From Candidatus Saccharimonadia bacterium (GTDB lineage: Bacteria > Patescibacteriota > Saccharimonadia > Saccharimonadales > 2-12-FULL-41-12): a stretch of DNA of 64,000 nt. This document shows, one piece after another, positions 45,602 through 60,600 of the stretch. The notes below the pieces were generated by a model that was not told the DNA's origin, made no database searches, and saw only the letters and a program-made list of their open reading frames with translations. Position 1 is the stretch's first letter, and each line of letters begins with the position of its first letter. The position numbers and the translations under genes are program-made. Location: the NCBI GenBank assembly GCA_963717365.1, contig OY970327.1, positions 651,599-715,598 of the forward strand, written 5' to 3'.

Positions 45602-48600
45602 TTATTCAGCGATAAAGTAGTCGTAGCGGTATTCCGTATTCGGCGCCGGCGTACCCTTGGCATTGAACATGACGTCGGTAGCCGTAGCATTGCCCTTATA
45701 GTAGCTAAGGCCAGCCGCCGAATCATTGGACGGGCTTAGCACTACCTTCGGCGCCTTGGAGTAAGCTTTGCTGAATAGTATCTTAGCCAGCTCGCCGGCT
45801 GTAGGCGCCGATCCGGTACGGATAATGATCGTACCGGCGGTATCATTGCCATCTATTATGACAGCCGCCCCTTTACCGCTGGCCCCAAGGACTTGGCTGG
45901 TTGGAGTATCACCGACGGTTATAATGTGGCCTTCCACTATTATATTGGCTTTGAACACGGCATTGCTGGTTACAGTTAAGGAATTAACCGTGGCTGCACC
46001 GGTTACCGTAAGATTTTGAATAGATGCCCCACCAGAGACATTAATGTTCGCGAAACTGGTATTGTTAACCTGCTGCTGCAAGGTTAGGATCTGCTTCTGC
46101 TGGGCTTGGATGGCAGCGGCCAGGTACGGCGTCAGGCCGGCGTATGATACAGAGTAGTAACCTTCGGCGTCCTGCTGTACAAGATCTGGGAAATTATTAA
46201 TGAATTCTTGGGCTATTACACCAGTATGGGCCCGGTCGGAGGAATTTTCGGACAGCATCCGGTAATTTACTACGTTGATGCCTAGTATTTTATTGAGCAT
46301 ATCTTCGCTGGAAGTAGCCGATAAGTCTTTCTTTAGTCTCTGGTCGGAGGTACAGGTAATACCGCCTGCTGTAGTTGGGTTAACCGTACAAGTACCGCCG
46401 GAATTTTGGAAACGGGCCACTGAAGTATCTGCTGTGGTACCGCTGCCAACGTGCAGCAAATACCCGGGGGCACTGTTTGCTATGCCAACCCGCCCATTCT
46501 CGCCAATCACAATTCTCTCAACTACAACGTTAGAAACCGGATCATAGAGTGCCACGCTGAACCGGCCGCCAACTTCATTGACGCCTACATTGTCCGCATT
46601 TAAGTTAATGCTGCCGACTGCCCTGTAGGCGCCACCGACGTATCCATAACCATACATACGAGCTATTAAGTCATTTCCCTGGATATCTGTTGGAGAGGCA
46701 GTAGTGCCGCGTGCTTTATGGAATCTAAGCTCCGACGAAAGGTCGTCGGATGAGGCTCTGCCTAATAGCACCGAGGATTCTGTATAGTTATCACCTTGGA
46801 TATGAAGTCTCAGCGACGGTGCTGTTGTACCAAGCCCAATACTCTTGGTTACGGAGTTGGCACTAAAGAATTCCGTGCCGGCGCCGTTTTGTATACGGAA
46901 GAAGTTGGGAGCATCGAGGCCAGCGCCAGATTTAAATATAATGTCTTTAAGCGTAGAAGTAGTGGCGATAGTTGCCGGTGAACCAGATAAGTCATAAGCA
47001 GCTTGAAGATCGCCGCCGCCGCCACCACCGCCACTACTGCCACCAACTTTGGTCATGGAGAAATAAAGTGGTTGAGAGACGGAGTTAGCGGCTACAGTTT
47101 CGCTGAGACCTGTTGAAGAAGCCATAACTTCTACGTAATCATTCGCGTTCAGGTAATAAGTAGTCGTTGTTGTCATTGAGCCTGAGGACTGACTATCCAA
47201 CGAATCTTTTGATATGTAGGTAGTTGTGCCGTTGAGCCTAATCTGTAAGTTTCTGTCTTCATTACCATCACTGAATGTAACTCCAGCGGAAATCACATAG
47301 GTACCAGCGACCGGCGCGGTAAGGCGAGAGGTGTTGCTTGAAGTAGAATGGAGATTATTAGTATCGTATGTTTCTGTGTTGAAAACCAAAGCTACGAGAG
47401 TAGAGTTCACTGATTGGCTGGCATTATGTGTTACCCGCGCGCTGGCATCGGCATTGCTTACGCATGTACCAGCCGTCACTATACCACCGCTGATAGTAGC
47501 CCCCTGCAAAGCTTCCCCTGCAGCGCAAGTCGCGGATATGCCCGAAACCCCGTTGGCTTGATAACCACCGACAGAGTTAATGGTACCGATAGCTTCAAAA
47601 CTGTCATCAGTTTTTAGCAAATTGCCCGCTGCTGCCCGATAGAGATTAGTGTCTGGTGTACCCGAGCCACCTGAAGCGCTCCAACCAATTTGATTTGTCG
47701 GGCCCAAAACGAACACACCCGAGGTATTAAATCGTGCGTTTTCAACAGTCCCTCCATTCGACTTAAACAGTATCTGGTCATTCGTAGCACCAGAAATAAG
47801 TTGTAAGTAGCCAGTACTTTGCAAAATGCCTCCGCTAGGAAGCAGTATATTGTTTGCTTCGAAGTTACCATCGGTTTTTAGGGTGCCAGCTCCTGATCTA
47901 TAAAGGTTAGTGTCTTGGGCGTTGCCGAAATAAATTGTGGGTAAACCGGGTGTAGGAATATTATTTTGAAGTGATATTTGAGCAGTTGTTCCTTGATACG
48001 AAACAATGCTATTTCCTGCAGTAAAAGTGGTGTCCGTTCTTAAGGTACTACCAGCTGAACGATACAAATTAGTATCCCCGCCAATAGTTATTCCTGAGCT
48101 CTGCCCGCCTGAGTCAGCGATCTGGATGGCTGTTTTGCCTGTGGCGTTGGCATTAATGATTCCGTTGAATGTCTTAATACCACCAAAAATCTGAGTGCCA
48201 CTAGTATTTACCAACCCAGGTGCGCTGGCAGTGGCGCTTTGCAGGATTAAGTTGTTACTACTAATTGTCGCGCCTTGGGCACCGGAACCATTACTGTCGA
48301 AGGTCCCGATAGCGTTTACGCCACTGCCACAACTGCCCCAGATAGGAGCAGTTGAGACACCTTGTGAGATTAGGCATGAGCCTATGGCTACGGCGGCCCT
48401 GCGGGCAAGTGAAGTTGTGGTATTGGCATACAGAAGATCGCCTATAGCATAGGTAGTATGACCGGTACCTCCTACGGTTGCTATGACCGTGCCACTACTG
48501 ATGCTTGAGCCATTTAGTGCTGTTAAATTAGTGCCGACACCGCTGAAGTTACCAGCAGTAACAGTACCGCTAACGTTAATGTGGCCTGTCTGTGGAGATC

Positions 48601-51600
48601 CGGTGGTAGGTTGCAACGAAACACATGCGCCGCAAGTACCTGAGCCTGGAGCGCTCAGGTTAATAGTGCCGGCACCATTAGTTATGACCACTGTCGAGTC
48701 ATTTGAAGTAAGGTTAGCGGCGGTATAATTAGTGCCATTGCCTATAAGAAGCTGGCCGTTGGTAGGAGTTGTAGTAATACCTGTGCCGCCGCGACCCACA
48801 AGGAGAATGCCGCTGTTAATATCACCAGCGTCTAGATTAGTCAGGTTGCTACCATTACCCTGAAAGAATCCGGCAATAATAGTCCCGGAAACATTAATGT
48901 GGCCGGTCTGAGCAGTATCCGGAGTGGCAGCTTTCAGAGCTACACAGGCGGCGCAAGTGCCGGCACCAGGTACAGTAAGGTCGATTGTGCCGGCACCGTT
49001 AGTGATCGTAACGCTGGAGTTAGAGGATGTCAGGTTAGCCGAAGCATAACCGGTACCATTACCAATAAGCAGCTTACCATTTGTTGGCACCGTAGCAATA
49101 CCGGTACCACCATACGCAACCCCTACAAGACCACTGTTAACGTTGGTACCGTTTAAGTTGGTAATATTGACACCGCTTAGGGCGGGGAATGCGCTAGCAG
49201 CAGTTGTTTGGATGAGTTGGCTAACACCGTTAAAGGTGTTGCCTTGCTTAGTGACAACAGCATCTAGGGTAACCGCTCCGACTGAAACATCGAAGTCAGC
49301 AGTCGCAAAACTAGCGATACCCTTTATAGTAGTTGTAGCATCAATAATAGTAATAGCCGAACCGGTAGTAAGTGCGCCGTTGAACGTTAATGATCCGCTT
49401 GCCAAGACAGAACCGCCGGCAGAGCCGGTTATACCGGTCACACCACCACCCACACCGGTACAAGTTCCCCAACTTGGTGCTGCACTTGTGGTAGCCAATA
49501 AACACTGTCCAGTAGTACCAGCCCCTGTAACGCCCAAGGCACTTGTTCCATTACCAAACAGAACGCCGTTCGTCGTAAACGTTCCGGCGCCGGTACCGCC
49601 GCGAGCAACAGTTAAGGAGCCGGCCGTAAAGAAGTTGGCGGCATCGGCATGACTAACGTTTTGTAATACCCCGGAACTATTTATCCGAGTTGTTCCACCG
49701 GCTTGAAGCGCAGTACTAGCGTTGAATGTACCAGCTGCTGTTACGGTTGTGCCTGATTCAGTCAAAATTGAGTTACCTATGGTGGCGCCCGTGCCGGTGT
49801 ACTTAGTGATAGTACCTGCGGTACCAGAGCCGGTGATGCCCCCGCCCGCGCCGGCGCAGTTGCCCGTAGACAGACAGAAGTTAGCGTTGCCGCCAACATC
49901 AGGCACCGTATAAACACGTCCTGCAGCTGAGGTGCCAGTTATACGGAAGTTATTGGTAGCCGTGCCGCCAACATACAGATCGCGGAACGGCTTGGCTGCT
50001 GAACCTAAGTCAATGCTGGCGGTGGCGGGTAGCAAGCTGGTATTGATTGCTACGTTTGCTAAATTGTCTAGCTCAATAGTGGCCAAATCTGGGTCGCTGC
50101 CGCCTCCGCCACAGAAGAATCCATACGTACAAACCGTGCTGTCATCAATTTCTATTGTTATGCTTCCTGCCCCATTGGTGATAATAATTCCAGCGCCTTG
50201 TGTTAAGGTAGCCGCAGTTGGCGCGCCAGTGCCGTCACCAATCAGTAATTGTCCGTTTGTTAGCACGCTGCTGGCAGTAATGGCGCCGGTGCCGTTACCA
50301 AACAAAATACCGCCGGAAGTAAGCGTGGTAGCGCCGGTGCCGCCCCTATCAACCATAAGTGTGCCAGTAGTACCTGAGCCAATAATCAAGCCGGTAGCAT
50401 CCACCAGGTTAAACGCCGGAGTTAAGTCGCTAGCGCCAAGGGAAACGCTTACGCCGCCGAAGTTAACGGCGCTGCTTACCAAGTCTCCGTTTGCTATTGT
50501 GCCGTCTGTAATCTCTCCCGATTCAATAGTCTGGCCTAGTTTTGTAACATTAGACCCTAAGCTAACCGCGCCAGCCGTGACGCTGAAGTCAGTACTGCTA
50601 AAGCTGGCAATACCCTTAGTGGTAGTCGTAGCGTTGTTAATAGTAATAGCAGAACTGGTTGTAGCCGCGTCATTAAATGTTATTGCCCCTGCCGCGGCAA
50701 CAGAGCCGCCGGCAGTACCAGTGATGCTGTTAACAGCGCCTGAACCTGTACAGTTGCCCCACGTTGGTGCCAACCCGGTGTTGCCTAATAGGCACTGCCC
50801 GGTGGCTCCAGCGGCGGTAGCGGTAATAGCGCTAGTACCGTTGCCTAACAATACGCCGTTTGCGCCAAGGGTCGCGGCGCCGGTACCGCCCTTGTTCACA
50901 TTAAGCGTACCGCTTAAGTTATTGATGGCTATGTTTGCTTCAACCACATCTAGGGTTGGGTTGCCGGCTACGCCGTTGCCGTTTGTTACCCCAAGCTTGC
51001 TAGAGCCAGCCGTTATGGTGCGGCCGGTAAAGGTATCAGCTGCAGTTTGGACAATTAATCCGTTCGTATTGTAAGCAGACAGTGATGTAAGGGTACTGTC
51101 GGCAGCTTGCTTACCGGTAAATTGGGTCTGGATATTGCTGCTAACTCCATCCAGGGCTGCCAGCTCGGTACTTTGAAGCGTTACGCCGCCAACTGTTATG
51201 GCGTTTGTTCCAAGCGCCAAGGCAGTAGCGTTTGCAAAGGTAACTGTTTCGTTGAATGTTTTGGCACCAGCAAAGGTTTGCGTGCCGGTGCTGACAAGGC
51301 CGGCAAAGCCGGCATCAGCCGTCTGCATAAATATATTGCTGCCGCTGATAAAGGCGCCGTCAGCGGCTTTAACTCCGCCGTTACCAGTATCAATTGTACC
51401 AACGGTAGTTACGCCAGTGCCGCCGGGCTGGCAAGAACCCCAGATAATAGTCGTGCCGTTCGAAGTCAAACACTCGCCAGGAGCCCCTCGTCCCAAACGG
51501 GTAGAGTTAGTACCGTTGTGGTAAAGCAGGTCGCCGTTGGTAGTCAGTTGCGAGATGTTATTAATAGCAGCCTGCGAAGTAGTAGCATTTGTACCGCCGT

Positions 51601-54600
51601 TAGCAATTGGCAATGTACCGGTTACTTCACTGCCGGCCGTACTTAAGGTAACGCTAGTCCCCAGCGTAGTCTCCAGTACCCCGGCGTTAAAGGCCAGGCC
51701 GGTGCCGGTCAGGTCGCTAAAGGCTTCGCCGTTAATAGTAATGACTTGGCCACTGGTGACAGTAAGGCCAGTAGCGAACACAGCCGTACCGTTAAACGTC
51801 TTAGCGCCGGCAAAGGTCTGGACGCCGGTGGTGACGGTACCGGCGACGGTGGCGCTGGCGTTAGATACCGTTAAGGTAACAGCATCAGGTGTAGCACCGG
51901 TGTTTAGGCTGAAGGTAGTACCAGCCACGGTACCAGTAGCAGTGGTATCAATAAAGTCGGCGTCAGTTGCAGCGGCGCCGTTAACGGATACCGAGTCACC
52001 AACACCTGCTCCGCCGGCATCGGTGCCGCAGACTAGGTTGCCGGAAGCATCGGTATCGATGCTGTCACAGTTAGCTAGGCCACCAACCCGGAGGTTAGCT
52101 GCACCAGCACCGCTGTTATCTAGGAACAAGGTAGTGTTGGCGCTATCTACTAGATCAAAGGTGTAAGTACCGGCGGCAGTACGGCGGATGGTAGTATCGG
52201 ATCCATCAATAAGTAGAATGTTACTACCGGAGTCAATTGTTAGGGCAACGACGCTGCTCTGGATCAGTGGCGTGGTGACACTGGTACCGAAGGTTGGGTT
52301 GGCGACGGTGGCTATGGTTAAGGTACCGTTAGCACCGCCGTCGGTGAAGGCGGCGATGTTAGTACCATTAGTCAGGACCCGTTCGTTGGTTAGGTTGCTA
52401 TCCAGGCCAAGTGTTAAGTAACTGGCGTTGTTGGGAGCAGCTGCACCGGCACCAGAGCCAACACAGTTACCGGTGGAGAGACAGACGTTGGCCGATGCAC
52501 CGGTAAAGTCTGGGAACAGATACGTCTTGTCTCCAGCCAGGTCAGCTACGTCAAAGGTACCGTAGAAGCTTGGGGTGCCGCCATTCTCCAGCATACGCAG
52601 TTCAGATGAGCTGTTGTTAAGTACTAGGTCAAAGGCACCACCCTGCATGTAGTCGGCAGTAAGGTTACCCAGGGCAATTGCCCGGGAGGTACCTTCACCG
52701 GCGCTGCCGCCGATGCCAATGCCGTTGCCGGCAGTGACGTCGCCGACGTAGTTGCCAGTCGTCTGGGTACCGAGTGCTACGGCATTGTTAGCAATATCTA
52801 CGCCGGCTACCTGGCCGTCGGTTATCTCGGTGGAGTCGATGCTCGTCCCCAGTGTAGTCTCCAGCTGTCCAGCATTAAAGCTTAGGCCGGTGCCGGTCAG
52901 GTCGCTAAAGGCTTCGCCGTTAATAGTAATGACTTGGCCACTGGTGACAGTAAGGCCAGTAGCGAACACAGCCGTACCGTTAAACGTCTTAGCGCCGGCA
53001 AAGGTCTGGACGCCGGTGGTGACGGTACCGGCGACGGTGGCGCTGGCGTTAGATACCGTTAAGGTAACAGCATCAGGTGTAGCACCGGTGTTTAGGCTGA
53101 AGGTAGTACCAGCCACGGTACCAGTAGCAGTGGTATCAATAAAGTCGGCGTCAGTTGCAGCGGCGCCGTTAACGGATACCGAGTCACCAACACCTGCTCC
53201 GCCGGCATCGGTGCCGCAGACTAGGTTGCCGGAAGCATCGGTATCGATGCTGTCACAGTTAGCTAGGCCACCAACCCGGAGGTTAGCTGCACCAGCACCG
53301 CTGTTATCTAGGAACAAGGTAGTGTTGGCGCTATCTACTAGATCAAAGGTGTAAGTACCGGCGGCAGTACGGCGGATGGTAGTATCGGATCCATCAATAA
53401 GTAGAATGTTACTACCGGAGTCAATTGTTAGGGCAACGACGCTGCTCTGGATCAGTGGCGTGGTGACACTGGTACCGAAGGTTGGGTTGGCGACGGTGGC
53501 TATGGTTAAGGTACCGTTAGCACCGCCGTCGGTGAAGGCGGCGATGTTAGTACCATTAGTCAGGACCCGTTCGTTGGTTAGGTTGCTATCCAGGCCAAGT
53601 GTTAAGTAACTGGCGTTGTTGGGAGCAGCTGCACCGGCACCAGAGCCAACACAGTTACCGGTGGAGAGACAGACGTTGGCCGATGCACCGGTAAAGTCTG
53701 GGAACAGATACGTCTTGTCTCCAGCCAGGTCAGCTACGTCAAAGGTACCGTAGAAGCTTGGGGTGCCGCCATTCTCCAGCATACGCAGTTCAGATGAGCT
53801 GTTGTTAAGTACTAGGTCAAAGGCACCACCCTGCATGTAGTCGGCAGTAAGGTTACCCAGGGCAATTGCCCGGGAGGTACCTTCACCGGCGCTGCCGCCG
53901 ATGCCAATGCCGTTGCCGGCAGTGACGTCGCCGACGTAGTTGCCAGTCGTCTGGGTACCGAGTGCTACGGCATTGTTAGCAATATCTACGCCGGCTACCT
54001 GGCCGTCGGTTATCTCGGTGGAGTCGATGCTCGTCCCCAGTGTAGTCTCCAGCTGTCCAGCATTAAAGCTTAGGCCGGTGCCGGTCAGGTCGCTAAAGGC
54101 TTCGCCGTTAATAGTAATGACTTGGCCACTGGTGACAGTAAGGCCAGTAGCGAACACAGCCGTACCGTTAAACGTCTTAGCGCCGGCAAAGGTCTGGACG
54201 CCGGTGGTGACGGTACCGGCGACGGTGGCGCTGGCGTTAGATACCGTTAAGGTAACAGCATCAGGTGTAGCACCGGTGTTTAGGCTGAAGGTAGTACCAG
54301 CCACGGTACCAGTAGCAGTGGTATCAATAAAGTCGGCGTCAGTTGCAGCGGCGCCGTTAACGGATACCGAGTCACCAACACCTGCTCCGCCGGCATCGGT
54401 GCCGCAGACTAGGTTGCCGGAAGCATCGGTATCGATGCTGTCACAGTTAGCTAGGCCACCAACCCGGAGGTTAGCTGCACCAGCACCGCTGTTATCTAGG
54501 AACAAGGTAGTGTTGGCGCTATCTACTAGATCAAAGGTGTAAGTACCGGCGGCAGTACGGCGGATGGTAGTATCGGATCCATCAATAAGTAGAATGTTAC

Positions 54601-57600
54601 TACCGGAGTCAATTGTTAGGGCAACGACGCTGCTCTGGATCAGTGGCGTGGTGACACTGGTACCGAAGGTTGGGTTGGCGACGGTGGCTATGGTTAAGGT
54701 ACCGTTAGCACCGCCGTCGGTGAAGGCGGCGATGTTAGTACCATTAGTCAGGACCCGTTCGTTGGTTAGGTTGCTATCCAGGCCAAGTGTTAAGTAACTG
54801 GCGTTGTTGGGAGCAGCTGCACCGGCACCAGAGCCAACACAGTTACCGGTGGAGAGACAGACGTTGGCCGATGCACCGGTAAAGTCTGGGAACAGATACG
54901 TCTTGTCTCCAGCCAGGTCAGCTACGTCAAAGGTACCGTAGAAGCTTGGGGTGCCGCCATTCTCCAGCATACGCAGTTCAGATGAGCTGTTGTTAAGTAC
55001 TAGGTCAAAGGCACCACCCTGCATGTAGTCGGCAGTAAGGTTACCCAGGGCAATTGCCCGGGAGGTACCTTCACCGGCGCTGCCGCCGATGCCAATGCCG
55101 TTGCCGGCAGTGACGTCGCCGACGTAGTTGCCAGTCGTCTGGGTACCGAGTGCTACGGCATTGTTAGCAATATCTACGCCGGCTACCTGGCCGTCGGTTA
55201 TCTCGGTGGAGTCGATGCTCGTCCCCAGTGTAGTCTCCAGCTGTCCAGCATTAAAGCTTAGGCCGGTGCCGGTCAGGTCGCTAAAGGCTTCGCCGTTAAT
55301 AGTAATGACTTGGCCACTGGTGACAGTAAGGCCAGTAGCGAACACAGCCGTACCGTTAAACGTCTTAGCGCCGGCAAAGGTCTGGACGCCGGTGGTGACG
55401 GTACCGGCGACGGTGGCGCTGGCGTTAGATACCGTTAAGGTAACAGCATCAGGTGTAGCACCGGTGTTTAGGCTGAAGGTAGTACCAGCCACGGTACCAG
55501 TAGCAGTGGTATCAATAAAGTCGGCGTCAGTTGCAGCGGCGCCGTTAACGGATACCGAGTCACCAACACCTGCTCCGCCGGCATCGGTGCCGCAGACTAG
55601 GTTGCCGGAAGCATCGGTATCGATGCTGTCACAGTTAGCTAGGCCACCAACCCGGAGGTTAGCTGCACCAGCACCGCTGTTATCTAGGAACAAGGTAGTG
55701 TTGGCGCTATCTACTAGATCAAAGGTGTAAGTACCGGCGGCAGTACGGCGGATGGTAGTATCGGATCCATCAATAAGTAGAATGTTACTACCGGAGTCAA
55801 TTGTTAGGGCAACGACGCTGCTCTGGATCAGTGGCGTGGTGACACTGGTACCGAAGGTTGGGTTGGCGACGGTGGCTATGGTTAAGGTACCGTTAGCACC
55901 GCCGTCGGTGAAGGCGGCGATGTTAGTACCATTAGTCAGGACCCGTTCGTTGGTTAGGTTGCTATCCAGGCCAAGTGTTAAGTAACTGGCGTTGTTGGGA
56001 GCAGCTGCACCGGCACCAGAGCCAACACAGTTACCGGTGGAGAGACAGACGTTGGCCGATGCACCGGTAAAGTCTGGGAACAGATACGTCTTGTCTCCAG
56101 CCAGGTCAGCTACGTCAAAGGTACCGTAGAAGCTTGGGGTGCCGCCATTCTCCAGCATACGCAGTTCAGATGAGCTGTTGTTAAGTACTAGGTCAAAGGC
56201 ACCACCCTGCATGTAGTCGGCAGTAAGGTTACCCAGGGCAATTGCCCGGGAGGTACCTTCACCGGCGCTGCCGCCGATGCCAATGCCGTTGCCGGCAGTG
56301 ACGTCGCCGACGTAGTTGCCAGTCGTCTGGGTACCGAGTGCTACGGCATTGTTAGCAATATCTACGCCGGCTACCTGGCCGTCGGTTATCTCGGTGGAGT
56401 CGATCGACTGACCAAGTTTTGAAACAGCAGCATTCAGGCTAACTGCGCCGCCTGTAACATCGAAGTCAGCAGCAGTAAAGGAAGCGATACCTTTATTAGT
56501 GGTAGTAGCATCATCGATAGTAATAACGGCACCAGTGCCGGTAGCGTTATTAATAGTAAGCGCGCCGGTTAAGCCCTCTAATGAAGCCACCCCTCCAGCG
56601 CCAGTACAAGTGCCGAAAGTTGGAGCACTACCAGTGTTAGCCAACAGACACTGGCCGGTAGTACCGGCAGCTGTCGCGCCAATTGCACTAGTAGCATTGC
56701 CGAATAAGACACCATTACTAGCAAATGTGCCAGCGCCGGTGCCACCGCGAGCAACTGCCACCGTACCAGTAGTTAGTTCAGAAGCGTTTAAGTCAGTGAT
56801 ACCGGATCCATTACCTTGCAAATTAGTTGCAACCAATGTGCCGCCAACAGTGATGGTAGCACCCGATTCAGTAATAATAGAGTCGACAATGTTTTGGGAC
56901 GCATCAAACTTAGCGATCTTGCCAGGCGTGCCAGCGCCGGTAATCGAAGATCCAGCCCCGCCGTCATCAGCCGAACAAATCAGATTGCCGGAAGCGTCAG
57001 TTGTTAAAGCACCGCCATTACCAGCAGTACTACAGTTGTAGGCGCCCAGGTTAAGCAAGCCGGTAGCCCCTATAGTAACCCGGGTAACTCCGCCGGTTTC
57101 CAGGTTAAAAGCAAACGCGTCGTTAGTACCAAGCGTGAGAGCCGCAGTGAAAGTATTGCCGCCCTGCAGGACGTCACCATTGCCGCCGGTACCAGCACAG
57201 TTACCGGTGTTGCGGCAAACAGTACTATCAACTGCAACCGTCGGGCTGGTACCCTCGCCGGCTGCACCAGTAACGGTAATCCCATCTCCAGCCGTAGTGA
57301 AGGCTTGGTAGTTCCCCGTCGTCTGGCTGCCAAGTGCTACGGCGTCACTAGCGATGTCGATGCCGGCGATGGTGCCGTTAACAATTTCGGTGGTATCAAT
57401 AGTAGTGCCTAAAGTAGTTTCCAGTACGCCGCTGGTTACCTGAAGTCCGGTACCGACTAAGTTAGATATGGCTACTCCATTAATAGTAAGAGCTTGGCCA
57501 GTCGTGACAGTAAGGCCGGTTGCGAACACGGCGGTGCCATTAAACGTCTTAGCGCCGGCAAAGGTCTGGACGCCGGTGGTGACGGTACCGGCTTCAGTAG

Positions 57601-60600
57601 CAGAAGCGTTTGTAACACTTAAGGATACGGCGTCAGGGGAAGCACCGGTATTAAGAGTCCAGCTCAGGCCAGCCGTGGTACCGGAAACGGCTGTATCAAT
57701 AAAGTTAGCATCAGAAGCACCAGCCCCGTTAACGGAAATGCTGTCACCAACGCCTGCGCCACCGGCGTCAGCACCACAGACTAGGTTACCGGAAGCGTCG
57801 GTATCGATGGTGTCACAGTTGGCTAGGCCGCCAACTCGGAGGTTAGCTGCACCAGCACCGCTGTTATCTAGGAACAATGTAGTGTTAGCGCTATCGCTCA
57901 AGTCAAAGGTGTAGGTGCCGGCGGCAGTACGGCGGATGGTGGTATCGGTACCGTCAATTAATAAGATGTTGGAGCCGGAGTCAATCGTCAGGGCGGCAGC
58001 ACTCTGCAGTAGCGGTGTAGTCACGCTGGTACCAAAGGTTGGGTTAGCAATAGTACTAATAGTAAGCGTGCCGTTGGCACCGCCATCTGTGAAGGCGGCA
58101 ATGTTAGTACCATTAGTGAGAACCCGTTCGGCAGTTAAGCTTGGATCAAGGCCTAGTGTTAGATAAGACGCGTTGTTTGGAGCGGCCGCACCAGCGCCGC
58201 TGCCAACACAGTTGCCAGTACTCAGACAAACGTCGGCGGTAGCGCCGCCGAAGGTTGGGAATACATACGTCTTGTCGCTATCCAGGTCAGCTACGTCAAA
58301 GCTGCCGTAGAAGCTGGCACCAGCGCCGTTCTCAAGAATACGCAGTTCAGACGAACTGTTAGCTAGAACCAGGTCAAAGGCACCGCCCTGCATGTAGTCG
58401 GCCGTTAGGTTGCCCAGAGCGATGGCCCGGGAGGTACCTTCGCCAGCCGCACCGCCGATGCCAATACCATTGCCGGCAGTGACGTCACCGACGTAATTCC
58501 CCGTCGTCTGGCTGCCAAGTGCTACGGCGTCACTAGCGATGTCGATGCCGGCTATGGTGCCGTTAACAATTTCGGTGGTATCAATAGTAGTGCCTAAAGT
58601 AGTTTCCAGTACGCCGCTGGTTACCTGAAGTCCGGTACCGACTAAGTTAGATATGGCTACTCCATTAATAGTAAGAGCTTGGCCAGTCGTGACAGTAAGG
58701 CCGGTTGCGAACACGGCGGTGCCATTAAACGTCTTAGCGCCGGCAAAGGTCTGGACGCCGGTGGTGACGGTACCGGCTTCAGTAGCAGAAGCGTTTGTAA
58801 CACTTAAGGATACGGCGTCAGGGGAAGCACCGGTATTAAGAGTCCAGCTCAGGCCAGCCGTGGTACCGGAAACGGCTGTATCAATAAAGTTAGCATCAGA
58901 AGCACCAGCCCCGTTAACGGAAATGCTGTCACCAACGCCTGCGCCACCGGCGTCAGCACCACAGACTAGGTTACCGGAAGCGTCGGTATCGATGGTGTCA
59001 CAGTTGGCTAGGCCGCCAACTCGGAGGTTAGCTGCACCAGCACCGCTGTTATCTAGGAACAATGTAGTGTTAGCGCTATCGCTCAAGTCAAAGGTGTAGG
59101 TGCCGGCGGCAGTACGGCGGATGGTGGTATCGGTACCGTCAATTAATAAGATGTTGGAGCCGGAGTCAATCGTCAGGGCGGCAGCACTCTGCAGTAGCGG
59201 TGTAGTCACGCTGGTACCAAAGGTTGGGTTAGCAATAGTACTAATAGTAAGCGTGCCGTTGGCACCGCCATCTGTGAAGGCGGCAATGTTAGTACCATTA
59301 GTGAGAACCCGTTCGGCAGTTAAGCTTGGATCAAGGCCAAGTGTTAGATAAGACGCGTTGTTGGGGGCAGCCGCGCCGGCGCCGGATCCGACGCAGTTGC
59401 CAGTACTCAGACAAACGTCGGCGGTAGCGCCGCCGAAGGTTGGGAATACATACGTCTTGTCGCTATCCAGGTCAGCTACGTCAAAGCTGCCGTAGAAGCT
59501 GGCACCAGCGCCGTTCTCAAGAATACGCAGTTCAGACGAACTGTTAGCTAGAACCAGGTCAAAGGCACCGCCCTGCATGTAGTCGGCTGTCAGGTTACCC
59601 AGAGCGATGGCCCGGGAGGTACCTTCGCCAGCCGCACCGCCGATGCCAATACCATTGCCGGCAGTGACGTCACCGACGTAGTTCCCCGTCGTCTGGCTGC
59701 CAAGTGCTACGGCGTCATTGGCGATGTCGATGCCGGCTATGGTGCCGTCGGTGATCTCGGTAGATTCAATTGATTGGCCAAGCTTCGTAACGTTAACGTT
59801 CAAACTAACTGCGCCGGCAACAACAGTAAAGTCAGTAGTCGCAAAGGAAGCAATGCCTTTCGCAGTAGTAGTAGCATCGTCAATAGTGATAATGCTGCCG
59901 CTACCAGTGGCGTTGTTAATAGTAAGGACGCCGGTCAGACCATCCAAGGATGCCACGCCCCCAGAACCAGGACAAACGCCAAAGCTGGGAGCACTGCCCG
60001 TAGTAGCTAATAGACACTGGCCGGTGGTGCCAGCTGCTGTCGAGTCAATCGCACTAGTACCGTTACCAAACAGAACGCCGTTAGTAGTAAAGGTACCAGC
60101 GCCAGTGCCGCCGCGGGCAACGGTAACAGTACCAGTAGTAAGATTAGATCCGTTTAAGTCAGTGATGCCGGAACCATTGCCCTGCAGGTTAGTTGCAACC
60201 AATGTGCCACCAACAGTTACAGTAATACCCGATTCAGTAATAATAGAGTTGACTATATTCTGCGAAGCATCGAACTTAGCAATACTGCCAGCCGTGCCGG
60301 TACCGGTAATGGCGGCAGCTGCGCCGTTGTCATCGTTCTGGCAGATCAGGTTGCCTGACGCGTCAGTTGTCAGCACGCCCCCATTGCCAAAAATACTACA
60401 GTTGTAGGCACCTAAGTTAAGTAAACCGGTGTTACCAATCGTAACGCGGGTGATGCCAGCAGTCTCCAAGTTAAGAGAGAAGTTATCATTTGTACCAAGA
60501 GTCAGCGTCGAGCCAAAGCTATTACCTCCTTGTAGAACATTGCCATTGCCCCCAACCCCAGCACAGTTGCCAGTTGTTCGACACACCGTTGTATCTACTG

